A stretch of DNA of 52,102 bases. Origin: Candidatus Falkowbacteria bacterium CG1_02_37_21. GTDB lineage: Bacteria > Patescibacteriota > Patescibacteriia > Patescibacteriales > UBA12465. Shown here piece after piece: positions 9,792 to 18,541 of this stretch. Within the stretch, counting starts at the first letter, position 1; each line of letters starts with the position of its first letter. The notes under the pieces were generated by a model. It made no database searches. It was given only the letters and a program-made list of their open reading frames with translations, and was not told the DNA's origin. Location: the NCBI GenBank assembly GCA_001871165.1, contig MNUT01000002.1, positions 1 through 52,102 of the forward strand, given 5' to 3'. The position numbers and the translations under genes were made by a program.

Positions 9792-10355
9792 TTAAATAAT
9801 ACTCAAGTTTATTTTCTTTAATTCCCTTCTCAATGCCAGATAGCCCGGTTTTTCTTTAGCCACTAACTGCCAAAATTTAGCAGAATGATTCATCTCACCC
9901 AGGTGACAAAGCTCATGCACAATTATATAATCACTTAACTCCGGTGGTAAAAAAATCAAACGATAATTAAAATTAAGATTTTTTAAACGAGAACAACTGC
10001 CCCAGCGAGTTGATTGATTTCTAATACTAAAACGCCGGAATTTAAAAGCATAATTTTTATTTAAAACTGCTATTCTATTTCTAACTAGTTCCTCGGCTTG
10101 AGCTTTATATTGTTTATATTCCGAACCATCATCTAAAACTGGAGCCGGCAAATTTTTAAAATAATCCTGTTTCTTCAAAATCCAATCGGCATGTTCATTA
10201 ATAAAATGCAGCACCATTTTCTGACTAATATATAGAGGAGCACTCACCCTAACTGTGGTGTCACGACGAATAGTCAAACGTAAACGCCTGAAACGTCTAT
10301 GTCTGTTAAAAATATATTTTATTGTTCTCCCTTGAATTTTTAATTCTGACTCCAT
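9792..10355 (-). CDS. YgjP/DUF45 (M48-like) metallohydrolase
   Basis: TRWGSCS, LNFNYRL, DYIIVHELCHL..MNHSAKFW. Confidence 0.9.
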   Translation of the reverse strand: MESELKIQGRTIKYIFNRHRRFRRLRLTIRRDTTVRVSAPLYISQKMVLHFINEHADWILKKQDYFKNLPAPVLDDGSEYKQYKAQAEELVRNRIAVLNKNYAFKFRRFSIRNQSTRWGSCSRLKNLNFNYRLIFLPPELSDYIIVHELCHLGEMNHSAKFWQLVAKEKPGYLALRRELKKINLSII

Positions 10356-10942
10356 AAATATTAAGCACTCCAAGTTCTTAACAACATCTAAATCATAGCA
10401 TAAAAAAAACCACTAACTCATAGAATTTAAAAGTGCATTGTCTGCGAGGATTTATTTCAACCCACTTTTAGTGTTTTTTTCGCTTGTCGCTACTAAAAAC
10501 AAATCTATAAGTTAATGGCAACCTTAATTCACTTCCCTAACTAACACATTCACAACTCCAAGGGGTGACAGAATCGGTCAGCTTTCCATCACGAATAATT
10601 AGATATTATTGTAAGCACTATTATTTGTCAATGACTCTATGGGTTGTCTCTATGGGTTGCGTGACTAGGTTTTAGTCGTATAAAAAAGCCCCATACAAGT
10701 CGGGGCTTAGACTTTAAGTGGCTTAATTAGTTTAGTAGCTTTTGGATTTTTCTGGTTGGAAAACTTGCCTAAGGCAAGCCGACGACAAAAAAGTTCGTTC
10801 AAGGCACTCAAAACATTGAGTGCTTTTATTTTTATAAAATAAGGCTCAACTGTGATAATATAAAATTACCATGGTTAAACGATATTGCTATTTAACCTGA
10901 TAAAGAGTTAAAGTATTAATAATATTCATAATTATAAGTGCT

Positions 10943-11917
10943 ATGTTTTTCGTCTATATTCTGTTGCTCATTATTGCTTCCGGCTGGTTTTCCGGCATGG
11001 AGATTGCTCTGTTTTCCTTGACTCCAGGCAGCGTAAAATCTCTGGTTATAGCCAAGAAAGTTAATGCCAAGATCGTGCAGCAGGTTTTGAGCCACAAAAA
11101 GCGACTGCTAGTAATTCTCTTGCTCGGCAATAATGTCGTTAACGTTCTGATTGCTTCTATGACTAGCTTATGGGTGAATGAGAGATTTTCTAATGGCGCC
11201 TTAGGTATAGCGACCGGAGCAGTTACCATGTTGATTTTAATATTTGGCGAAATGTTTCCCAAAGCCTTCTGTCAGGCGCGAGCAGAAAAGATGGCTTTGT
11301 TGTTTGTGCCAATAATTAGATTTTTAGAAATAATTCTATACCCCATAGTTTTTCCTTTAGAAAAATTATTGATTTTAATGACGGGTAATAAAAAGCGAGC
11401 TCTAGTTTCCGAGCAGGAATTTCGCGCTTTAAGTAGAATCGCTGTGGAGCACGGCGTTCTGGATTTTAACGAACACGAGATGATTATGAATATTTTGGAA
11501 TTCGGTGATACTCCGGCTAAAACAATTATGACACCGCGCTATAAACTATCTATCGTTAACGGTGAAGCGGAGATAGATCAGATTGCCTATTTCATGGCTA
11601 AGGAGGGTTATAGTCGTTATCCGGTCTATAAAAACCAGGAAGACAACATTATTGGCTACATACATCTTATAGATGTCATGAAAGTACTTAATAGTGATAA
11701 CAGACAAGACGAATTAGCTAAATATATTAGCCCCATCATTAAAGTTGATGAGAATATAAAAATTTATAGTGTCTTTAAAAAGATGATAAAAAAGCGGACA
11801 CATGTGGCCGCTATCTATCGTGATAAGGACAAGCTCGTCGGCCTGATAACGCTAGAAGACATTTTAGAGGAGATAGTGGGAGAGATAGAAGATGAAAATG
11901 ATAATGAGAGAAGTTGA
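10943..11917 (+). CDS. CNNM (DUF21)-CBS domain protein, hemolysin/CorB-like
   Basis: FSGMEIALFS, ILLGNNVVN, LIFGEMFPK, YSRYPVY, GLITLEDILEEIVGEI. Confidence 0.92.
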   Translation: MFFVYILLLIIASGWFSGMEIALFSLTPGSVKSLVIAKKVNAKIVQQVLSHKKRLLVILLLGNNVVNVLIASMTSLWVNERFSNGALGIATGAVTMLILIFGEMFPKAFCQARAEKMALLFVPIIRFLEIILYPIVFPLEKLLILMTGNKKRALVSEQEFRALSRIAVEHGVLDFNEHEMIMNILEFGDTPAKTIMTPRYKLSIVNGEAEIDQIAYFMAKEGYSRYPVYKNQEDNIIGYIHLIDVMKVLNSDNRQDELAKYISPIIKVDENIKIYSVFKKMIKKRTHVAAIYRDKDKLVGLITLEDILEEIVGEIEDENDNERS

Positions 11918-11995
11918 GGGGGGAGGTAGGTGTGAGGGGCTGAGTTGCAAGGGGCGGATTTAGCTTTGGTTAAATATTAATAATTTTTTGATGTT

Positions 11996-12022
11996 AAAAA
12001 ACAGCCTGGGACGGCTGTTTTT
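11996..12022. terminator. Bidirectional terminator
   Basis: AAAAAACAGCC-TGGGAC-GGCTGTTTTT. Confidence 0.65.
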
Positions 12023-12117
12023 GGTTGGAGCTCCTTTTGCAGTTTGGCCATAAATTTAAGATTTCTTTAAAACATTAACTATTCCTTTATCTGCATTAAC
12101 TTCTAAAAAATCACCAA

Positions 12118-12573
12118 TTATTTACTACTTTGATTATTATCTAATATTTTATAAGATAAATTAATATCCAGGGGCGTCTCTGAGGCAACTTCAAATTTAG
12201 CACCTTTTTTTTGCAATACTTTATAATAATATCTTCCTCCTTCAGTTATCTGTATACCTTGTATGTTCGTTATACTTCTTAGCCTCTTTTCGCCCTTTCC
12301 CGCTTTTAAAGTAACGAGAAATTCATTTAAAATTTTTCCTTTAGGATCAACAAGGTCTATTTTTATTTCAGTTAAATTATCTTTTGAACTATCCTTTATA
12401 ATCCAGAAACTAATGATTTGGAGGTTAAAGGGAATAACTAATTTGTCACTTTTAGGCATTTTGTCTTTATCAATCGTTAATTGTATTTCTTCAACACAAT
12501 TAAACAAGCTGAGGAGATTCGTTTGAGCATCTATCGATGATTTTTCACAAATTATTGACCAAATGTTTTTCAT
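12118..12573 (-). CDS. Hypothetical beta-rich protein (DUF6941-like), third gene of the TA operon
   Basis: WSIICEKSSIDAQTNLLSLFN pattern, DPKGK, EGGRY; family assigned from memory. Confidence 0.6.
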   Translation of the reverse strand: MKNIWSIICEKSSIDAQTNLLSLFNCVEEIQLTIDKDKMPKSDKLVIPFNLQIISFWIIKDSSKDNLTEIKIDLVDPKGKILNEFLVTLKAGKGEKRLRSITNIQGIQITEGGRYYYKVLQKKGAKFEVASETPLDINLSYKILDNNQSSK

Positions 12574-12584
12574 ATTTTTATTAT

Positions 12585-12995
12585 TTATTTAGTGGATATA
12601 TTATAAGCTTCATGTAATAAAACATTATCCTTCACCCTATCAACAGTGTTACTTGTCGTCTCGCTGCCTACAAATACAATGTTATATGGGATATTAAAAT
12701 CTAAAATACTACTCCAATTTTTATAACTAAAATTTAAAACACTCGCTATTCGATTAAGCAATGCGAAGCCAATATTAACATCTCCATTTTCAACTTTTGA
12801 AATAACCTTTTGGGTAGTTTGGGCTTCTTTAGCTAATTTTTGCTGGCTCATGCTTAAAATTTCTCTAGCGTTATAAATTTCAACTCCTAATTTAATCCTT
12901 TCTTTGGCCTCTTTTGAGTATTGCTCAAAATATTTGCCTTTTCTGGCCTCAGCGATTGGGTCAATTTGCACTTTTTTGTTATTAATATTTTTCAT
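12585..12995 (-). CDS. Xre/Cro HTH antitoxin (HigA-like) with C-terminal extension
   Basis: ARE..SMSQQKLAKEAQTTQKVISKVENG; overlaps the toxin stop. Confidence 0.85.
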   Translation of the reverse strand: MKNINNKKVQIDPIAEARKGKYFEQYSKEAKERIKLGVEIYNAREILSMSQQKLAKEAQTTQKVISKVENGDVNIGFALLNRIASVLNFSYKNWSSILDFNIPYNIVFVGSETTSNTVDRVKDNVLLHEAYNISTK

Positions 12996-13404
12996 AGTTT
13001 TGCGGATTTAATTTAAAAATATTTAAATATTTTTCGCCAATCTTATTTTGTTTCTCTACCATTTTCTTTTCTCTATCCGTGGTGTAACTAGCAGGCTTTT
13101 CAAAAGCATGAAGAAGAACTATTTTTTGCTGATGTCGAAAATAAAGAATTCTAATTACTGTGTTTGCATCTTTCGGATTTAATATTTCAAAACAACTGTA
13201 ACCATGTAGTGGTTTTGAAATCGGGGGAGTCGGTCTGCCTTCATTACATGTAACGTGCTGTATCTTAGCATCTATATCGGCCAATATTTTCTATTTTCTC
13301 TTAGTAACAGTCTATTTATCTTCTTGGTTTGTTAAATATTGTTTTAAATATTTTTTTACTGGACAGATTTTTGAAACTATATCATAAAAATAAACTATTT
13401 CCAT
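12982..13404 (-). pseudogene. RelE/HigB (Gp49-like) toxin with two in-frame TAG codons
   Basis: ATG 13404 MEIVYFYD..CPVKKYL is in frame with ..SKPLHGYSCFEI..RILYF..IVLLHAFEK; TAG at 13312-13314 and 13291-13293. Confidence 0.75.
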
Positions 13405-13539
13405 ATACACATGATTAGATTGATCACTATCTCATTATACCCTATTGGATATAATTGTCAATATCAAATACAAAAGCCCTCCCAAAATGGAAAGGCTCTT
13501 GTAAACACTGGGAGTTATAAATTTATAAATACCCTATAC

Positions 13540-13774
13540 GGAGCGGGTAACGGGAATTTCGCCCTCGCCGGCCGCCGGAATTGCGGCCGGCTCACTTGTC
13601 CTGGGTCAGCGCTAAGCATCCCCCGGATGCTTAGCGACGCTCGCCCGCTCGTTCCGGCTTCCGCCGTTCCCTCGCGTCTCGCTTCTGACCTGTTCGATTC
13701 CCGTAAACTAACACAGCAAAAATAAAAACACAGGATAAAATCCTGTGTTTTTATTTGGAGCGGGTAACGGGAAT
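13540..13774 (-). repeat. tRNA-Gly-linked ~217-bp structured mini-element (copy A)
   Basis: 18-bp direct repeat GGAGCGGGTAACGGGAAT at 13540 and 13757; GC-rich hairpin core homologous to 45459-45697. Confidence 0.85.
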
Positions 13775-13778
13775 CGAA
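13758..13778. repeat. att site (displaced tRNA-Gly 3' end)
   Basis: GAGCGGGTAACGGGAATCGAA identical to 20870-20890. Confidence 0.92.
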
Positions 13779-13976
13779 AGGATAGGAACTATTTTTATAA
13801 TTTATTAAATAGTAGATAAATTTCTTTAATGTTAGAAATTTTTTCACATTTTCTAAGTTATCAGTTTTTATCTGAAATAATGGCTATTTACCACCTTTAC
13901 GTCACAATAGCGTCACACTTTATTTGTGAGGCGACAATATAGGAAGGGTGGTAGTAGTCATTCCTAAACTCATAGT

Positions 13977-14894
13977 TTAAATAATATAATTTAATATTCC
14001 CTTTTCAATCATTTCTAAACTAAAAATATAATCATTATGATTAAAGGCCTCTCTTAACGGCCTCGACGTTGATTTCCATCCGTTACCATCAGTAATCCAA
14101 ACAAATTTATATTGGCCATTTAAAACATTAAATAAATCCCTGTATTCACCGGCCGTTGATTTTAACTTTGAACCGCCACCACCATAAAAATTTGTTTCAA
14201 AAATTACTATATCTTTACCGGTGTTTATAACATAATCATAACGTCTAGAAGATTTATCAACCGGCACATCAAAACCCCATTCACTTTTTATTTTTTCCGA
14301 AGTTGCTTCTTTCAAATATTTAAAACCTTTAGTTTTACAAATATCGGCTATAAAAAAGCCGACAATATCTTCCATGGAATGGCCACCTCTATTTTTACGG
14401 CCGTTGCTATCAAGACCGGCCTCTACGCCAATCATATAATCAACCAGATTTTTAATTTTTTGGGAAATGATTAAATCTTTAAGGCCAGTTTCTTTTACAA
14501 ATAATAAATACTTATCAATATCTTTATCGGTTACCGCCTCTTTAGAAAAATCATAATCCTCATAAACTAGCTTTTTCTTTTTATAATCAACTAGAATTTT
14601 AAATTGATTTGTATTACCACCATCACGAACGACTAAAGCCGGAATAACTTTGATAATTTCTGGATTTTGTTTAACTAAAAACTTAAATTCTTTATCAAAA
14701 TCATCTTTGCCAATTAAATAATTAAGATTATTTAAAGCAATTTCTATTTTTCTGGTGTTTGTAAAAACTTTTTCCCAATTTACGAAATAAGACCAAAGCA
14801 TATTGCTTGGCTTGAGATTATTTAAAAAATAATCGAATACCTCGTCCTCGTTTTTACATCCCAAAACTTCATTATAAAATTTAAGAAATTTCAT
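13977..14894 (-). CDS. DpnII-family type II restriction endonuclease (GATC expected)
   Basis: YFVNWEKV, DYMIGVEAGLDSNGRKNRGG, ETNFYGGGGSK, FVWITDGNGW. Confidence 0.92.
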   Translation of the reverse strand: MKFLKFYNEVLGCKNEDEVFDYFLNNLKPSNMLWSYFVNWEKVFTNTRKIEIALNNLNYLIGKDDFDKEFKFLVKQNPEIIKVIPALVVRDGGNTNQFKILVDYKKKKLVYEDYDFSKEAVTDKDIDKYLLFVKETGLKDLIISQKIKNLVDYMIGVEAGLDSNGRKNRGGHSMEDIVGFFIADICKTKGFKYLKEATSEKIKSEWGFDVPVDKSSRRYDYVINTGKDIVIFETNFYGGGGSKLKSTAGEYRDLFNVLNGQYKFVWITDGNGWKSTSRPLREAFNHNDYIFSLEMIEKGILNYII

Positions 14895-14898
14895 AAAT

Positions 14899-15759
14899 TT
14901 ACTTAATTAAATCCTTATATCTCTTAACTGACAATTCTAAATAATTTTTTTCTAAATCAATACCAATAAATTTTCTATCGTTAAGAGCGCAGGCTAAACC
15001 AGTCGTTGAAGAACCCGTAAATGGGTCGATGACTAAATCACCTTTGTTGGTACTAGCCATAACAATACGAACCAATAGATCTATTGGCTTTTGTGTCGGG
15101 TGCTTACCAAACTTCTTTTCGGTAGGTTTCGGCGTCCCCATAGACCAAACACTGCGCATTTGCAGATTTGGCTTTTTTAAAAAGTCTTCTGGCCAATTAC
15201 CATTTTTCATTAAGTCATAATTAAACTTATGTTTAGTGGTTATTGGTTTTCCGGTTTTAGGATGGACTAATTCTTTTCTCGCCCAGATCAAAGTTTCATG
15301 ACTGGCCGTAAAAAAGCGACAGCTTAAATTTGGTGAAGCATTGGGTTTAAACCAGGCAATATCGTTTAAGATGTGAAACTTGCTAACTTGGAGAGCGAAA
15401 CCGCATTGATAGATAGAGTGATAGGTGCCGGAAATCCAAATTGTGCCTCCTGGCTTTAATACTCTATGGCAAGCCTTAATCCAGGCTAATTGAAACTCAA
15501 AGTCTTTCTTTAGACCATTACTGACGTCCCATTCGCCTTTATTAACGCTAACCATCCGCCCAGCGTGAACGGAAAAACCACCATTAGATAATAAATAAGG
15601 TGGATCAGCGAATATCATATCAACCGAGTTCTCTGGCAAAGTAGCTAAAAATTCCAAGCTATTGGCCTGGTACAATTTAAAGTCTTTATCTTTAAAAAAT
15701 GGATCTAACATTTTTTTGCTTTTTTTCTTAGTTTTTATAGCCTTTTTTGAGGTAGTCAT
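14899..15759 (-). CDS. Beta-class N6-adenine methyltransferase, DpnA (M2.DpnII)-like; alternative start 15711
   Basis: DMIFADPPYLLSNGG...VSVNKGEWD, HPTQKP, DPFTGSSTTG. Confidence 0.9.
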   Translation of the reverse strand: MTTSKKAIKTKKKSKKMLDPFFKDKDFKLYQANSLEFLATLPENSVDMIFADPPYLLSNGGFSVHAGRMVSVNKGEWDVSNGLKKDFEFQLAWIKACHRVLKPGGTIWISGTYHSIYQCGFALQVSKFHILNDIAWFKPNASPNLSCRFFTASHETLIWARKELVHPKTGKPITTKHKFNYDLMKNGNWPEDFLKKPNLQMRSVWSMGTPKPTEKKFGKHPTQKPIDLLVRIVMASTNKGDLVIDPFTGSSTTGLACALNDRKFIGIDLEKNYLELSVKRYKDLIK

Positions 15760-15894
15760 ATTATAGCAAATTGGATATGAAGAAAAGATAAAGTCCTATT
15801 CTCTGGCCTAATTTTACGATTTTTTTAGCCAAAAGTCAAAATAATAAAGGGGGCTATTAAACCCCCTTTAGTACCGAACTGTCAAAAACCAACC

Positions 15895-16200
15895 CTATTT
15901 AGTTATGGGCAAATTTAGGGGGCATTGATTTAGTGAAAGTAAGTTATTATTCCAGTCACCATCACTATACGTTCTAAGAAATGGATATCTTCCATCGTTT
16001 GGACGCACAACGCCGACATCAGACCTTTTATTATTTATTGGGTCTAATACATAAAAAGTGTTAGTTTTTTCGTCAATGCTTTTTATTACGGCTTCACGAG
16101 TCCACATCCAATTATTACTGGGATTCCCCACGTGAGTAATATGTTCGTGTGGACTGTTTCTATCAGGTTTTCTAATACAAGTAATTTGGCAATCTGCCAT
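15895..16200 (-). CDS. DUF3892-like small protein
   Basis: ITCIRKPDRNSPHEHITHVG...FLRT..D...NNLLSL. Confidence 0.8.
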   Translation of the reverse strand: MADCQITCIRKPDRNSPHEHITHVGNPSNNWMWTREAVIKSIDEKTNTFYVLDPINNKRSDVGVVRPNDGRYPFLRTYSDGDWNNNLLSLNQCPLNLPITK

Positions 16201-16479
16201 ATATTTTTAAATTAATTTATTAAATTTGCTAAGATCTGAAAAACCTGTTATACTTTTTTTGCAATGAAGTAAATTAGGAAAAACACGTCATCTTAACTGG
16301 TGCTACGTGTTTTTTTGATCATAGAATTTTAGTATCATATTGATATGTTGACTTAATTAATTAAAACTATTAATATTGAATTAACAAAAAGCCATATAAA
16401 AAATTAGGATTTTCCTGATTTCTTGGCTTTCTGGCGAAAAGTAGACCTTATTGCTTTCCACGGCGCAAGGTCTATTTTT

Positions 16480-16857
16480 TTATTTAGTTACCTCTTTTAG
16501 ATCAATAACGTACATTTTTTCTCCATTATTATCAATTTCTTTAGGTGTATACCGTCCTACGTAATTCAAAAAATCAAAATTGTATTTTCCCCAAAATGAG
16601 TTAGACTTAAAATAACCACCCACACCCGAATTTCTTAGTTTTGCAGTTGCTGGTTCTGACGTTTTAAAAAATTTAAAACCAATCGCCAAATGTTCTCTAT
16701 CAAAAAATATCTTAAGAAAATGATAATCCGATAGATTATATTTATTCATAAACCCCGAACTAAATCCGAAGCCACCGTTTTGCCCAATACTAATTCGTGG
16801 GGCAAACTTGCCCTTATAATCAGTAAATTCATCAAAATTGTAATTATTTTCTTCCAT
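16480..16857 (-). CDS. Hypothetical protein
   Basis: 125-aa ATG ORF within the element; no family recognised. Confidence 0.7.
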   Translation of the reverse strand: MEENNYNFDEFTDYKGKFAPRISIGQNGGFGFSSGFMNKYNLSDYHFLKIFFDREHLAIGFKFFKTSEPATAKLRNSGVGGYFKSNSFWGKYNFDFLNYVGRYTPKEIDNNGEKMYVIDLKEVTK

Positions 16858-17138
16858 ATAGTTTGACTTAATAATATAAATAATTGAATTATAGACATCC
16901 AGTAAGGTACTGAGATAAGTTTAGCAAATTGAAATTGTTTTGTCAAGATAGTAATAGTAAATGGTTAAGTAAAATGAACTGTCGCTAACATTAAACAAAA
17001 ATAAGCATTAATTTAAATAATAGTTGATAACTTGTTAATAACTAAATTGAACAGATAAGAATATTATAATACAATAAAGTAAACAACTAGCTATTATTAA
17101 TGTTGAGATTTTGATAACTAAAGTGATAAAATGCTAAC

Positions 17139-18197
17139 ATGACTGAAAAAGCCAAACAACTCAAAAAGAACCTGGATGTCATAATTGATGAATTTACTGA
17201 CGAATACTATAAGGTTTTATTTTCCCCAAAAAAGATGAAAGTAGGAAATAAGCTATCTATATCCTATGAGCTTCCTCGGCTTTTTGTAATTATTAAAAAA
17301 TACATAAGAGAAATTGAATCTAGCAGAATTTTGGACGGCTTTATGAAAGTCCTAAGACAAGAAGTAAAAGCAAATGATCATGACGGCTCACTATTCGGTG
17401 AAAATTTAAATAAAATAAAAAATAACAAAACAAAATCTTATAACTGGGCTTACTATTCTCTTTTTAAAGCAATGCTAGGAGAAGCAAGTGTTCTTGCGTC
17501 ATCTATGCAAAAAATATTAAAAACGGCTGATGTTAATTCTGCCAAGAAAATGCTAGAAAATACGCAAAAACAAATAGAAGAAATAAAGAACATGGAAGAA
17601 GAAATAATAAAACTGAACCTAGATACTATATTAAGGCCAAAAATATATAAAAAATTTCTTAAAGATTTTCATAAAAGCATTATTTCCTGGGTGAATGCCT
17701 ATATTATGACTTCTGAATTTATAGATGATGAAGAAACAATAACCAAAGAACCTTTAACTGATAAATGGGAAGATGTGGGAATAATATTTAATGATGATAT
17801 AAATATAAAATTAGTAATAGACAACAAAGAGGAAAATTCTGATTACGAAAAATTAGGATTTGCTGACACTAGACGTAATTTATTTAAAAAAGCTGTATAT
17901 GTTAAAAGTTGGAATATTCTAATGCTATTTTCTATTAGAAATGGAGTAATAAAAATGAGTGATTTCGCGGGAAACAAAAACAAAAAAGAACTATTTAAAA
18001 AAGACCGGCAAGACTTATCAAAAAGGCTTAAGCGTTATTTCGGGCTAGCAGACGATCCAATAGTCTATGAACCGGATGGCGAAAGATATCGAATCAGAAT
18101 AAAATTAACCCCATCGCCAGATTTTAGAGATTCCTACCTTGATCAAAAAAAGAAGATATCTGAATATAACAAAAAGGATTTTCTAGGAGATTACTAA
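17139..18197 (+). CDS. Hypothetical protein, C-terminal region possibly winged-helix DNA-binding
   Basis: 352-aa ORF; basic helix then beta hairpin (RQDLSKRLKRYFG..DPI..YRIRI); function inferred. Confidence 0.65.
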   Translation: MTEKAKQLKKNLDVIIDEFTDEYYKVLFSPKKMKVGNKLSISYELPRLFVIIKKYIREIESSRILDGFMKVLRQEVKANDHDGSLFGENLNKIKNNKTKSYNWAYYSLFKAMLGEASVLASSMQKILKTADVNSAKKMLENTQKQIEEIKNMEEEIIKLNLDTILRPKIYKKFLKDFHKSIISWVNAYIMTSEFIDDEETITKEPLTDKWEDVGIIFNDDINIKLVIDNKEENSDYEKLGFADTRRNLFKKAVYVKSWNILMLFSIRNGVIKMSDFAGNKNKKELFKKDRQDLSKRLKRYFGLADDPIVYEPDGERYRIRIKLTPSPDFRDSYLDQKKKISEYNKKDFLGDY

Positions 18198-18404
18198 AGA
18201 AATTTCGTCGCTATTTCCCTGGCAATTTAATCCTCTAACTTACCTAAAGTTAGGGGATTTTTTTATTGCCTAAGAAATTTCGTCCATATAGGTTAGGAGA
18301 CAATCAAAAAGGTCGAGCTCCTCACTAATTCTTAATTCTACTCATATGCTTTTTCGTCAAAAATTATTCCCAATAAACAAACGGTCTAGCGACTACTTAA
18401 TTCT

Positions 18405-18520
18405 TTGCCCGCCTTTCTGTTTTTTTCTTTTTCGGCGGCTACCCCGTGGGGGAGCCGAAAAAGAAAAACAGAGGCGGCAAGATATGCAACGCTTCATACC
18501 TGCTTATTAACTTGATTATA
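18405..18520. other. Candidate rolling-circle double-strand origin (long hairpin plus nick-like motif)
   Basis: 76-bp imperfect inverted repeat 18405-18480; CTTATTAACTTGATTATA at 18503-18520, upstream of rep. Confidence 0.5.
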
Positions 18521-18541
18521 TGCACACTTAAGAACACATCT

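Noticed and set aside
12025-12031. TTGGAGC after a terminator as a further tRNA-Gly att remnant bounding the TA operon
   Set aside because: Only a 6-7 bp match; could be chance
13558-13704. Mini-element core as a tRNA intron or theta/HDV-like ribozyme
   Set aside because: No 5' tRNA half flanks it, it lies beyond a terminator rather than abutting the tRNA end, and I could not fit the HDV double pseudoknot by eye
13540-13778. Repeat-spacer-repeat read as a CRISPR array
   Set aside because: Repeats are tRNA 3' ends, the spacer is ~200 bp, and no cas genes are present
13411-13847. ORFs 13411-13725 (+) and 13515-13847 (-)
   Set aside because: They run through the GC-rich palindromic mini-element; composition is unlike real genes here
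17022-17041. Pair of DnaA-box-like 9-mers inside the element
   Set aside because: Two mismatches each in very AT-rich DNA; not distinguishable from chance
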